A stretch of DNA of 45,738 nt. Origin: Seison nebaliae. Taxonomy: Eukaryota. The DNA lies in NCBI GenBank assembly GCA_023231475.1, contig JALJEE010000177.1, forward strand, positions 1 through 45,738, read 5' to 3'. A program made the translations under genes and the position numbers. Numbering within the stretch: the first letter of the stretch is position 1; every line of letters starts with the position of its first letter. The notes under the pieces are model-generated. The model was given only the letters and a program-made list of their open reading frames with translations, ran no database searches and was not told the origin of the DNA. Positions 1 through 13,224 of the stretch are shown in pieces.

Positions 1-127
1 AACGACTATTTAAGATTTTTAAATAGTCTTCTCATTTTTTCGGACTGTTTTTTATTGACAAATAGACCTATTTGCGTTACCAGTCCAAAGAAATGAGAAG
101 ATTATTTAGAAAACTTAAATAGTCGGT
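1..127. repeat. Imperfect inverted repeat (47-bp arms, 33-bp spacer)
   Basis: 1-47 matches the reverse complement of 81-127 at 41/47 positions by manual alignment; it may extend beyond the window start. Confidence 0.85.
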
Positions 128-330
128 AGACCGTTGAATCATCTGGTGACGGTCAGATCTTACAGATTCCTTATCTGGTTGCCGCAATATTCCAACTAAT
201 CGAAGTTCAGATTTCCCCACTGGAAACATCTAACAATATAACAAACAACTATATATAAAACATAATTCTATAAATTTTTCATTCAAACCAACCATCTTTC
301 CATTCGATTCTTTTTTAAATCATCGCCAAA

Positions 331-1660
331 ATGCCTTCACGACGTAGCTCATTATGGAATTATTTCGAGAAGAAAAAGATCGACGGAAAATCCTTCGCAG
401 TTTGCAATAGTTGTAGTGAAAAAATTTGCAGAAATAATCAAGCAACAACATTGTTACGAAAGATACTTCATAGGACAGAAGTTATGACCGGTTTTATAAA
501 AACGTAAAAGTGTCCGATTACTTAAAGTTTCTACTGTATCACGTCACATCATAAAGAAATCGATCTTAATGAAGAAAAACAACAAAGTAACAACTGTGAA
601 AGATTAATCGCGCTCGTGATTGCTGTAAATTTATGCCCAATAAATATAGTAGAGTATCCTATTTTTATCGAATATAGTAAAAAGTTGAATCCCAATTTCA
701 ACGTACCGTCTCGAAATAAGATTGTTAACATTTGGTTGCCAATATCGAAAAAGGAATTGGAAGAACATATTATGAATAAATTGAAAGAGGAATTTTTCTC
801 AATAACAACGGATTGTTGGAGCCACTTAAAAGCCCGTTTCATCAGCATAACTGTAAGAATAGTTGATAATTTTAAAATTGACAAATGTTGTCTGACTATG
901 ATTCCATTCAATGATGAACATTCGTCAACAAACATTCGACAGATAATTTTCGATTACTTAATTACTTTGTTAGATCAACGGAAAGTAAATTTAGATTTTC
1001 TCATCAATGTCTGCACCGATGGTGCTGCTAATATTGTAAACGTGTTTTCCAATTTAAATTATTATTAGTCCTACTTATTAGGACGAGGATACAATGATTG
1101 AATTGTTTGATATTTGATATCAGATGTTCGATGATTATTTCTTAAAATCTTTTCCTATTTTTCATTATTGGTACTACACAACACTAACAAATACTTACAG
1201 TTCATTGAAAGTCAATATGTTAAAAAAGAAGAAAAGGTCCCTTTTCCTGGCCCACAAACGGCCCACAAAACTGGTCCGGACCAGTTTATTGAATTAGAAA
1301 TTTCAGAAATCAATATTTGTAATTGTAAACGTTTGTAATGACTCTGTTAAAATTACTAAAAAAGGTTTTCAAAATTGATATTTACGAAATGCAAATAAAC
1401 AGAAGTTTTATGACCGACAGACAATTCGGAGACCCACTATTCGGAAGCATTGTGATGTAGGAGTTGTGTTTTCAAAAATAAAAGCTGAATTGTATTCTAG
1501 TATTGTCAAATTTGCATTTAACAATTTTTGCACCCCCATTTAACCTATTAAAAAAGGGAAATTTTTGCACCCCCATTTAACCTATTAAAAAAGGGAAAAA
1601 AACTGTTTTGGAACGATGTCGAATTAGGAACAAAAAAAAATTATTCAAAGTTAATTCTAA
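331..1660 (+). pseudogene. Degenerate hAT-superfamily (Ac/ZBED-like) transposase
   Basis: ATG 331 gives MPSRRSSLWNYFEKKK..AVCNSC..TTLLRK (BED-finger-like). ORF 616-1068 has FSITTDCWS and VCTDGAANI (first two catalytic Asp motifs of hAT). Around 1490-1540, YSSIVKFAFNNFCTP resembles the hAT dimerisation motif. Interrupted by stops and deletions; the right boundary is approximate. Confidence 0.8.
1524..1597. repeat. Perfect 37-bp tandem duplication
   Basis: ATTTTTGCACCCCCATTTAACCTATTAAAAAAGGGAA at 1524-1560 and 1561-1597. Confidence 0.95.
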
Positions 1661-2383
1661 AATTTTCCATAGTTGATTATTATGATTAGGCACAAAAAAG
1701 GAGGTAATTCCAAGTGATTGGGACATATACGAAATTGAAAAAATCGTCTGTCAGTCGAATGATGTCACCAAAATAAAATGTCAATATGAAAAATTTATCA
1801 AGCGAGAAATCGGTTCTGATTATTTCGAGGATTATAAGTCGTCTACTGAATTAAATTCCGAGTCGTCTACTTCCGATTTAATAAACAGCAATGTAACCTC
1901 CATTGAGTCAACCAACTTCAATGAACGAGGTTATCAACCTAATTTGATCTTTATTGAAATTTAATTAATTTGATTTATATTTTACAGATTCAATGAACGA
2001 ATTTCGAACAGTTTGTAAAAAATCGTTAGTCCTTCCATTTTAACCATTTAACCATTTCCTAATAACTTATATTATCTTAATGATAATTATATCAATAATA
2101 TTCCAATGGGTGTAACAAACAAATTGTAAGTGAATATCGATGAACAATAACTCTACTTGTAAATTGTTTATTTTTCAAAAATTGTGAAATAATGAATCGT
2201 GGATTGATTTATTCCCATATTTGAAATAAAGAATTATATTTACTTTTAGTTTTATTGGTTGTAAATGATTTGTTGTTTATCGCCGTTTGTTGACATTTAT
2301 TCAACGATTGAAATGATAAGAGTAGAATATTTGTTTACAAAAGGATTTTTGGTACATGAATAATTTCTTTCACAAAAATAAAA

Positions 2384-4637
2384 ATGAAATATAAAAATAT
2401 AATCATCTGTGTTTTCTTCTTCTTTTCTCAGTGCCTCAGTACCGATGATAATGAGGAGAAAATCTTATTTTATAGTTGCGTAATAAACAACTTATGTGAT
2501 CAGTTGGAATTCTCAGAGAAATTATTCCAACATCATTCAAATGTAATTGCAACAGAATATGAATACTGTTCAATGTTTCCAAATCATCATATTGATGATG
2601 AAAGTGATGATCGAAAAAAATTAACTCAGAAAGATATCATTAATAATCTCAACAAATTCATGTCCGACTACGACAATGATGAACAAAATGTGGATGAAAG
2701 TTTAAACCATTCAGAAGATGATTTAGATAATATGAAGGATTCGCATGAAAGTCGTATGGATTCCATGATCATAGAGGAGGATGAAGAGGTTGAAAAGCTT
2801 AAGAAAAATTATGAAAAGAATTTAAAAAATGAGGAAATATATCAACAAAATCACGACATTGATAATGAGAAAATTATGATGAAAAAATGTTTTGGAGTAA
2901 CACAGGTGGATTATATTCGTTATGGGGACGCACCAATAGACGATTTAAGATTTCAACGAATTCAAACATTTGAAGAGGATGAAAATGAACCGGATATTAT
3001 TCGTCAATCTTCCCATAGTGAAACTGAGAATTCAATAGAAGATAGATTATTCCTCCATATTACTTATCCAAAAACTGGAATTAATCATCCAGTGCTAATT
3101 CTGTTCATCGATGGGACATATATGAGTTAAAATTGATTTAATACTATTAATTGGTAATTGTTAATAATTTTAGATAATTTAAAAGAAAACTTGAAAAGAA
3201 TATCATTGATTTATCGAATTACGTTCGTTGTTGTAGAGTCACGTTCTCGACTCTTTGGTTATTTATCATTTATCCATAATCATTTTCCCCCAAACAACCA
3301 TTTATTCGACCAATTTGAAGCAATCAAATGGATCAAAAGAAATATCCAACAATTCAATGGAGATCCATATTCACTGTCAATTATGGCTCGAGATTTCTAC
3401 GCAACAACATCTTTATATCATTTATTATCATCAAAATATCGGTCGTTTGTTGATCAATTTATTATAATCGATCCATTACTTCGAAATCATCGACGAACGA
3501 TACAAACTCAATCGAAAAGCATAAGTAGTGTACTCAAACTGATCGAGGATGGTTGACTCTTTATTTTTTTCGTTTGACTTTTTATTTTATCTTATCAGAT
3601 AAATTGAAAAATTCAAAAGAAATAGAGGAGAAATTATTAGAATTATCTCCTGAAACAATTATTCAACGTTCATCTCTTCTTCCTCCTGATTCATTCGCTC
3701 CACAAATTGATAATGACTTTATTTCGAATCCACTTCCACCTAATTATCCAATTTATAAAATGACTGATAATCTCAAAAGAAAATATTCAAAATATTTCCC
3801 ACAAAAAACTCCCTCGATCGCAATGATATCCACAGCACAAGCAGCTAATACAATAGTTCATCAACAATTTCCTCAACTTAAAAGTTAACTGTTCTCATTA
3901 TTTCTTCAAATACAATTTAGTTGTAGATATCTCTAAATCAGATATTATGGAATTCATTGAAAAAGAAATTATTGATAAAAAATACATTTCTCATCAATCG
4001 GACAAAGATAAGAAGGAAATTCTACGAAAAATTAAAAGTTTTTATTTTTTTCGAAAAACATCGGAAGAAATATTCGGTCGTCTTCTGAGTGACATAATAT
4101 TCGTTGCTCCTGCATTATCATTTATCGAGAAATATTCAGGTTCTTCATAATGATCTTATATTCTTTTAAACAAACAACTATATTTTTTCTTTATCAAAAT
4201 TTAGTCAATAGTCCTACATTTTTTATGTATGTGGATCAGAAGAATTCCGATCTATTCTCTACTGTCAACGATGCTCATAAGAATGATGGAATTGATTCAC
4301 GGAAATTGTGGAGATTCATTTTCTCGTCTACTGGAGAAAGAACGGGTCATGGAGAGAAATTATTTAAAAAGTTTTGGATGTGGAATAAGTATTTGTGTTT
4401 AACAAGGTTCCCAAATTGTTTTTACTCATGTTTTTACTTCAACAAAACGTACGAAATTTTTTTAGAAAACCGAATAATGATTATTCACCATTTTGGCCTT
4501 CATACCAACCAACAATCAATATGAGAGAATATTTGAGAATTAATGCAAATGGATATGTAAGTCACTCAAAAAATTTAAGAACGGAAATCTTGAGTTTTCT
4601 ATTAAAACATTTGAAAAATAATGCTCGATGGTTATAA
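2384..4637 (+). CDS. Secreted type-B carboxylesterase/cholinesterase-fold protein, predicted non-catalytic (6 exons)
   Basis: Exons 2384-3125, 3174-3551, 3599-3883, 3921(or 3927)-4139, 4205-4406, 4466-4637 splice in frame. Signal peptide MKYKNIIICVFFFFSQCLS. Family motifs IRYGDAPIDDLRF, SIEDRLFLHITYP, SRLFGYL, LFDQFEAIKWIKRNIQQFNGDP, FWPSY. Confidence 0.8.
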
Positions 4638-4707
4638 TTAGAAAACGTGGAAAACTATTAAAATTTGTAAATAAAAATTAATTTTTATTCAAAAGTCGAT
4701 TCATCGA

Positions 4708-6119
4708 TTAAGTATCGATAGCAATCGATTGAATTCTTTGATTGATTTCATAGATATATGACGAAATGTTCATATCCATCGCATTCACTTTGAACCGACA
4801 ATAATCAATTTTATATTTTTCGAATATCAATACTAAATCAGGAAATAAAGTCTCTATTAATTTGAGAACATTAGAATTAATACCCAGATTATCATTTAAC
4901 ATTTTTATAGGAGCAACTTTACTATTGTTGCGTTTGAAGAAAGATTGAAGTGCAGGTAACATTGTTAGAAGATTTTCCAATTCGATTTTCCGTTGAGTAG
5001 TTTCGTTGTGGAGGAGATTATTAAGTTGAGTTCGATTATTTTTCCTTTCTTTCAACTTCTCCAATAACTCGTTTCGAGAGAAGAATGGTTTAGATGATGA
5101 ATTGTCATGTTTAATTGACTTTTCTGTTAACAAATGTTTCTTTGTCACAAACGTCCCAACTGAATCAGTGAGAATTGATTTAATGGTATGTTCATTGTCA
5201 TCAATCGGATAATTAGGGAAAGGATGAATGGGAATTTCTGGAACTTTTGATTCCAAATCGAAATTCGGATGCCATCGATTAACTGATTTGGCAGATAAAT
5301 GTACTTCGATATTAAATTCATTTTTCAAAAATAATTTTTGTGCATTTAACACGATATTGGTAAGGAGAATACGGAAATCTCGTTTACGTTTATTTAAGTC
5401 GTCGGTAGAAGCACAAGAAGAATTTTTCAATCCAATGGGAAGAATATTGAGAAGAAATCGTTCACATTCCAACAATTTCATTTCCAAATCATTCTGCTCG
5501 ATATACTTCAAATCATAAAATCGAATAGAAACACTCATCATCCGACCGAGATCATCTTTCGAAAAGGATCTTTGATTAAAAGAATTTATCTAAAAAAAAA
5601 CAATAATAAAAATGAAAACTTTCTTAACGTTGATTCAACTGCCTCTTTCACTTTCTCAAAAATATTCAATTGTTTTCTATTATATCTCCAACAGATCGAC
5701 GTATCACAACAAAGGAATTTGTTGTAGAGTTCTTGATAAGAGAATGGTAGAGGCAATGCTAATAATTTCTCTTTAAAACGACATCGATTTATTAATAATT
5801 CTTCTTCTTCTCGATTGACCACTTCGGATTGTTGCTCCAACTCCTTCTTCTTCTCACTAATCAATTCCTCAATTTGACTCTTCATTTCCACATTATTATT
5901 CGTGCGATATTTTAATCGTTGGAAAGCCGGTTTGCATTCCTTTAATTTTCGCCTTCTTTCTCGAAGTTCTGTTAAACGATTTTTTCCCTTTACATCTTCT
6001 GTACAATTGTCTTTACTGATTGGACATAGGACATTCTCATCATGAATTAATTCCGATTTGTTAACCGTTGGCGAATTGATAGGTGAATGTCCTTTTTGAC
6101 TTCTCGTTCTAATTGGCAT
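4708..6119 (-). CDS. CDT1: DNA replication licensing factor Cdt1 (2 exons, ~453 aa)
   Basis: Removing intron 5570-5619 gives LPLPFSYQELYNKFLCCDTSI..NRKQ..FEKVKEAVESTLRKSFSKDDLGRMMSV (CDT1 domain). Also RWHPNFDLES.VPEI and LLEKLKERK. Confidence 0.85.
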
Positions 6120-7302
6120 TGTATAAATTATTCACATAAACTAACAAGGAGAATAATAGATATCAAAAGAGACTATAAAAATAATGTCTTGTACGCACAT
6201 GAATTTGATAAATGGAGAATTTGAATAGATGAAAATGATAAATTATTTATATTTAAGCCTGAATTCAAACAGTCGGTTATAATATGAATTACTTTCAAGC
6301 AAATCAGTGCAAAAATTTGATAATTTGATTTCTTTTAAAATAGACTTTTAAAATTCTCCCCCCATTTTTACATTCATTTTATTTCCAATTTCTTTATATC
6401 TCTACTCATTTTACACATTCTACTCCAGATCATTCTACTCCATCAACCATCGTTGTAAATTACTGCTGTGACTTGTATGTGTTCCCAGTTACGTTTTCAA
6501 ATATCGAACAGTTATCGTTCATATACTATGTCGTCATCAAGATGTCGGTATATCAGTACAGTTCGGATACTTACTTCTTATAAACGTTTAATAACTCATA
6601 TTTTGAACAAACCTCTCATGAGAACAATAACTTCGATTTTACATTTTCTCGGGAAATTATAAAAATAATTGTGGTAATATGAAAATAATTGTCCTTTTTT
6701 ATTTCACATAAATCGGGCCATTATTCAAATCGAGTCATTTTCAAGGATGTTTGGGAAAATTAAGTTCAATTATTCCATAGTATATTTGTTATTGAATATT
6801 ATAGTATTGAAAAAAAATTGTACATTTTTAAAGAGAATTGTTCTATAATAGCTCAGAAAGTTTAAATTTAAGAATGTTGGATAATTTATAATTGCCGACC
6901 AACAAGTCGTTAGTTTTATATGAGTAAAGAGTGAGTTAAATAAATTTAATGAATTGAGATCTCACCATTTTATTTTTAATCATTATCTAGGGATCTCATC
7001 AGATAATACAATGACGACAGAAAATAAATTTCTTAGGACAAAGAACATTCTTGTTTTCAATGATTTTCAGTTACTAGAAGAGAATAGATTTTCCACTTCT
7101 TTTGAGAATTGATTAAATAAATTGATTTAATAACAAATGATAATGATTAGTGAATTGGTGAAAGGTATTTTTCAACTTGAAAGGAAAGGAATTTCAGAAA
7201 TGCGTTTCCGATAAATTATTGATGGATATGTGATAAATTGATTTAAAAACGAATACGTAAAATGACAGATCTGCATAAATCTTACGTCGATCAATAAATT
7301 AA

Positions 7303-7325
7303 AATATATATATATATATATATAT
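7303..7325. repeat. (TA)n microsatellite
   Basis: Direct read. Confidence 0.9.
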
Positions 7326-7784
7326 TGGTGATTGGTGAGGCTGTCAGTTATGTGTACGAATATTTGAGAGGTTACACATTTGCAATTCATAAGTAGTTAA
7401 TATGGCGATAATCGACTGGTAGAGTAATGATACTCATCGTTTTATAATTTCATCAAAATTCAAAAAAGACGAGACTTCTCAAATAAATAACATTTGTGGA
7501 GAGAGGTCATAAAACGTACCATCCTTTCCTGTCTCATCTATCTATCGATAACAGTACCATCAAATAAGAATAAAAATCATGAGACAAAATGAAAGAACAA
7601 TATATTCATGAGATATGATTAAATTAGGACTGATATCAATGTCGCTTCAAATTTGGATTGATTTGGTAAAATGATACTTGAATGTTTGTTGATACAATTA
7701 TTATCATTAAATCTCATCCAAATAATTGTCAAATAAAACGGTAATTTCAATTATGATGAACGCTAAATTCTTTTATTAAAATCA

Positions 7785-9383
7785 TTAGGAGCTCTCATTC
7801 AAATATCCATCAATGGACACATTCTTCACCCAAGGATCATTCACCAGTTTATTGAGAGTAGGTCGTTTTGATGGTTCCAACTAAAGTCAAAGAGATAATT
7901 ATATTAGATTATTATATTCCAATTAAAGAAAAAGTTTAACTCGTAAACATTCTCTTACCACTCGACGAGCATCACTACATGTGACACGGGAACGAATTGC
8001 TGGTGGTAAACGACCTGAAGCGATTTCATTGTCATTAGTGAACGGTAATTCTCCACATAATATGTCGTAAAGTAGAACGCCCAGTGACCAGACAGTGGCT
8101 GAAAGAGCTCCGTAATTATGGTTTCTTATCCATTCAGGAGGGTAGAATAATCGGGTACCTTCAAAATCTTCATAAGTTTCATCTTCAAGATTTGTCGACT
8201 GAAATTATTCGAATTAAGAAAGAGAAAAAAGAAAAGAATTTAACTCGAAGGAATGTTGCTGATCCGAAATCGATAATTGCTAATGATGGTGCCAATGGTT
8301 TAGGTCGACGTCTTATCAAAATGTTTTCACTTTTTAAATCTCGATGTACAACACCAGCTAGAGCCAACGAACGAACTGCACGAACAAGTTGAGCGAAAAT
8401 TGGTCTAGCAGCTGTAGCCGATAATTTACCACCATGATTTTCTAACCATGCGAATAAATCACAACATTGACCGTTATTCGAATTATTCACACTAGGTGGT
8501 ACTTTCGTTCTTAATTGACGTTTGTTTAATGCTTGCATTGCTACTGGACGTTCTAAGACGAGAATCCATCGAAGACGATCAGCTGACCATTGAACGAGAG
8601 GGACGACAGCTTTCTTCTCATTAAATTTTGTTGAAATCAAATCGATTTTCTCATGACCAAAATTGCCGATATGATCACCGATACCCTGAGCTGCCAAATG
8701 ACGTAAAAAGACCACTTCAGCTGGATACATTTTAACATCATGAGGAGATAATCGAATCGTTTGCATTACATAAGTGTTGTTGTTATTTTGTTTCATATTC
8801 TTCAATTCTTTTAAGGCTAATTCGATTAGAGTTGGACGTCGTTCTCTTAATTCTCTTCCGATTAAATCATCTAATTGTATACATGATTCACATGTACAAG
8901 GGAGAATTTGTCTGGCTCGTTTAATTCTTCCACTTCTCTCACTTCGCACTCCTGCATAAGGCAACACTTTAATGGCAACAGCCAAATTATCTGAACGACG
9001 ACGTGCTGCCCAGACTCGAGAGAAACCACCACGAGGCAATTCAGTTTCTATGTGATATGTCTGTCCCATCAGTCCTACATCTAATCTCCATAAATTCGAA
9101 TCGTCCATCATTTGAACGACCATCGCTGGTTGTTTCATTTGCACAGCGTTATGAGTCGCCACAGTTGATGATGGTTGGGTTGAAATTGTTGAATTTTGAT
9201 GATTCGATTTCTTTTCACTCTTAATCGATTTATTTGTAGTCGATTTATAATGGTCAATTTTCGGTTTCTTCTTAAAATGTTCTTGTTCATTCTCTATTAC
9301 TTGTTCATGTTGTTGTATTTGATGTCGTTGATGATGTTGGGAATATGATTGTTTTTGATGATGAGATTTCGTTTCCAATACTA

Positions 9384-9422
<39 letters not shown>

Positions 9423-12400
9423 GCTGTTGTAGTTGTTGAATATTCGATGATTGATGAACTACATTTCGTGGAAAATATTGATATTTTATGGCAGATGATT
9501 TTGTAGATGGTTGCTCTTGCAACAATTGATGATGATGATATTGTTGTTGTTGTTGTTGTTGTTGAGTGGGTTGTAAAGTTTGAATGGAATTTATGGATGA
9601 TGATGTTTGTTGAATGATGTGAACATATTGATTATAGTTGGCTGGAGTCAACGCAATTGGATGTAAATGTGATTGATCAAAATTATTTATCGATTTCGAT
9701 GTTAACGATGACGAGGTCGACGTAAATTGTGGTGTCGTCATCATCATCATTGTCGTTAATTTATTACTCTGTGTGTCTAGAGAATTGTTGTGTGAGATTT
9801 GTTGGTTCACAATAACATGTTTCATATTCCCATCTCCGATTGTGATCGAAGCGGTTGACGGATGTTTCATAGAATTGTCATCTTTTGAAGAACACGTCAT
9901 TAACGAAGTGGTCGCAGATGATGCTATCGATGTATTCGACGATTGTAAAATTATTTCGTTTTTTGATAAACTTCTCTTATCGTTATCCATTTGACAATTG
10001 TACACTAAATCCTTCTCATCAATCTTGTGACGATTATTTTGATTGGACAAATTTGAACTTATTTTCTTCAGTTTCATACTGACATCCATCATGGACAAAT
10101 TGGAAGGATTCTTCGATGTTACCTTCCTCGATTGACCTAATGATATCGATGAAGATTTCTTTAAATTCGATCCTTTCAACGGAAGAAACGTTTCCGTCGT
10201 CGTCGATTTAATCGTATCAATAAACTTTCCTATAAATTTCTGAATGGAAGCGATTCCACTAATAAATTTATCCTGATGGACATTATCGGGTAATGTGTCC
10301 TCCTTCTTGTTATGATGTCTTTGTTTCTGTTTTTTTTCCTCCGTCAATTGTATACTATTCACCGAATCGGTCGTTGCAGAAACGTCTTTTTTTAAATAAT
10401 CACAATTTGTCGTCAAATGAAAAATGTGAAATATGAGACGTTGGAGCACTTCCAATTGCATTGGAGCAATTGGTAGAGTTAACGCTTCCACCTCATGCTG
10501 ATTCAATTGACTCGAATTCAATTGATAATTTTGATGAATGATATCATTGTGATCCTTCAAATGAAACGTTTCACCATCATTTTGATAGGAAAATGAGAAA
10601 TTTTCTCCATTATCCGTATGACATTTATACCAGTTATAGACCCGCTTCTTTGCATACAGACGAGCATTCACACCACAAATCGTTTCTAAACAATCAATGT
10701 CAATCATTTCGAAAAGTAAATAAGAATAAATGACACAAATTTGTATCGAATGTGGTGCCATCACATAAAGTTGAGAAATTCGTAATCGATAAAGATGATC
10801 TTCACCATCAATCATACTTATCTTCTCTAATAAATGCAATCGCAACAATTCATTTAAATCGAACATCGATAAGAATATGTTTTGGAATTTATTCGAATTT
10901 ATTGAATTATTCTTTATTCCATCCAATCGAGGAATCTTTTCATTAATTCCACTATGAAGATTTGATGTAGATCTCGAACAATGACCATTTTGATTAGCTT
11001 TCCTTTTTTTCGATTGATAAGTTAATGAATTATTTATAGATTCATTCCCTTTCACTTCCATCATACAATTCGTCTTGTTAATCTTTAATGTTGAAATCGA
11101 TTTATTTGGTGGGAAATTCCTTCCTTCATTCAATGACAAAGACATTACTTGTTGTTGTTGTTGAAGTGAATTGGAGATTGTGGAAATATTATCGGAATTG
11201 ATAGAAGTTAAATTAAAATTATTTTGATTATTACTGTTATTGTTATTGTTGTTGAGAATTTGTGAACTATTCATAAAAAGACATTGAATTTTTTGAAGAT
11301 TTTTTCCACTTTCATTCCTATTCAAACTATTTGTCTTCTTGTTCATTTTTTGATCAAGATGTTGTTGTTGTTGTTGTTGGGACGTTGGTCGTTTCACATG
11401 AATATTATGAAATGAGGAATTTGATGATGATGATCCCAATATTCCAGTCGTCCGGTTTGTTGGCATATGATTCGAGTTTTGAATCGTATCAGTTGTCGAT
11501 GTAATGTTGGTAGAGTTGACGGGATGATAAAAATGAAACCATTTCAAATAATGCTTATATAGCCACATGATTTCACTCGAATGAAACGATGAGAAATTAA
11601 TGAAATTTCTAATTGAATTTATCCAACTAGAATAAGATTCTTTTTCATAATTCTCAACGTTATAATTCTCGTTGAATAATTTTGTACAATTCATTCGATA
11701 TCGTGAGATATAATCTGAAACATCTTCACCGGTGCGAATCAATTCGAATATGAACTCCCACTGATCGACGGTGATGGGAGGAGTGGCAGTGGAGAAACAT
11801 TTGAAAATAACTCTAAGAAACTGTTCTAAACTCTTCATGTTCTCATTCGTCAAAGATAATCTTGTTTGCACACCAACCGTATTGAGACATCGATAATTTT
11901 TGATGGTTTTACTCAAATGTTGGAGGAATTCATAGAGGATACAAGCGAGATAATGATCATTTAAAATTGTCATCTCTTTTTGTCCATTCGAATTCGTATC
12001 ATTCATTTCACAAATCTGATAAACTTCATTTTTCGGAATTGTCTCATTTCCATTCGACATGTTATCGACAGAACATGGAATCCATTTTAATAATTCGTTT
12101 GAATTGGAAACAACTTGGAAATTGAAACAAGGTTCATTCGAATTATCATTAGAATTTCCTATTAATTTCATCGGAATATAAGAAATGTTATTGTTATTGT
12201 TACTGTTGTTGTTATTGTACATATGTCGATTATTATTGATTCCTGTAGTAGCCATTGTCTCGTTGGAATTTATAGATTTTCTATTAGTTCTTATGATATT
12301 TTGTTGTCCTGTTGAATTGGATTGAGATGATGAAGAATCATTATTATGATGATGATTATTATTATTATTATTTTTATTATTGTTGTTTTGTTTTACTACA

Positions 12401-13224
12401 TCAAATAAATTTCCATTAAACATTTGCAAACCGTTCGGAACATTGAAATTACCGGATGTGGGAATATGAAGAATGTCGGAAGGATAAATTGGGATCAATC
12501 GACCACTAGGAATCTTCTCTAACATCACCATTTGTTGTTGATCATCTGGTGGTTGAAGTTGGGGATTGACGTTAACATTCGACTGATTCATCATTTGTTG
12601 TCTCTCTTGTTCTGATTGTTGTAATTGGGATTTCTTCAACTTCGATTGTTCATTTTCTGATGTGGATAATGAACAGTCTTCTAATATTATGTTTTGATTT
12701 GAATTAGAGAATTTGTTGGACATTTGTTTATTATCATTATTCTGTATGATAGGGAAAGCACATTGACGTTGTAAACAATCAATATCTCCGAATTGTGAAG
12801 AGAATGTAGAACTTGATGTTGAAGTTTCCGGTGTGAATAATCTATTGTCACTGTTACTCGTTTGATCATCATCCATCTGTTGTTGTTGTTGTTGGCTATT
12901 CGTGTAATGATGATAATGGTTACTGATCATATTATTGTTATTATTAATCGTTTGAAAGTCACTTGAATTGTTATTAGGTTTGATGAAATTCGATAGAAAA
13001 TTCTTCTTTTCACAATTTCCGTTAATATTTACGTTATTATTCAACAGTTGTAAAGTGTCGGAACCTGGTGGAAGATTTTGGAATATGGCAACAGATGCGG
13101 TTGGTGTTGGAATGAAAAATGGAATACTATTTCTTAATACACTGGGCGAAGATGGTGGTGCTGTCGATGGTGTTCGCACCGTCGATGTAGCAGTGACGCA
13201 ATGGTTTAACGATACCCTCGTCAT
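7785..13224 (-). CDS. PIM: PIM-family Ser/Thr kinase with very long N-terminal extension (3 coding exons, ~1777 aa)
   Basis: Exons 13224-8245, 8198-7941, 7880-7785. Motifs SDNLAVAIK, PIM-diagnostic hinge LVLERP, HRDLKSEN, DFGS, then after splicing YEDFEGTRLFYPPEWIRNHNY..SATVWSLGVLLYDILCGELPF and EPSKRPTL...DPW, closely matching PIM1 subdomains VIII-XI. Confidence 0.9.
9386..9430 (-). repeat. (CAA)n coding repeat, poly-Gln tract in PIM N-terminus
   Basis: TTG run on the + strand; one of several polyQ/polyN tracts in the ORF. Confidence 0.9.

Noticed and set aside
3128..4150. In-frame stops suggesting an alternative genetic code or pseudogenes
   Set aside because: Each stop falls inside a short GT-AG intron; long exons read cleanly in the standard code.
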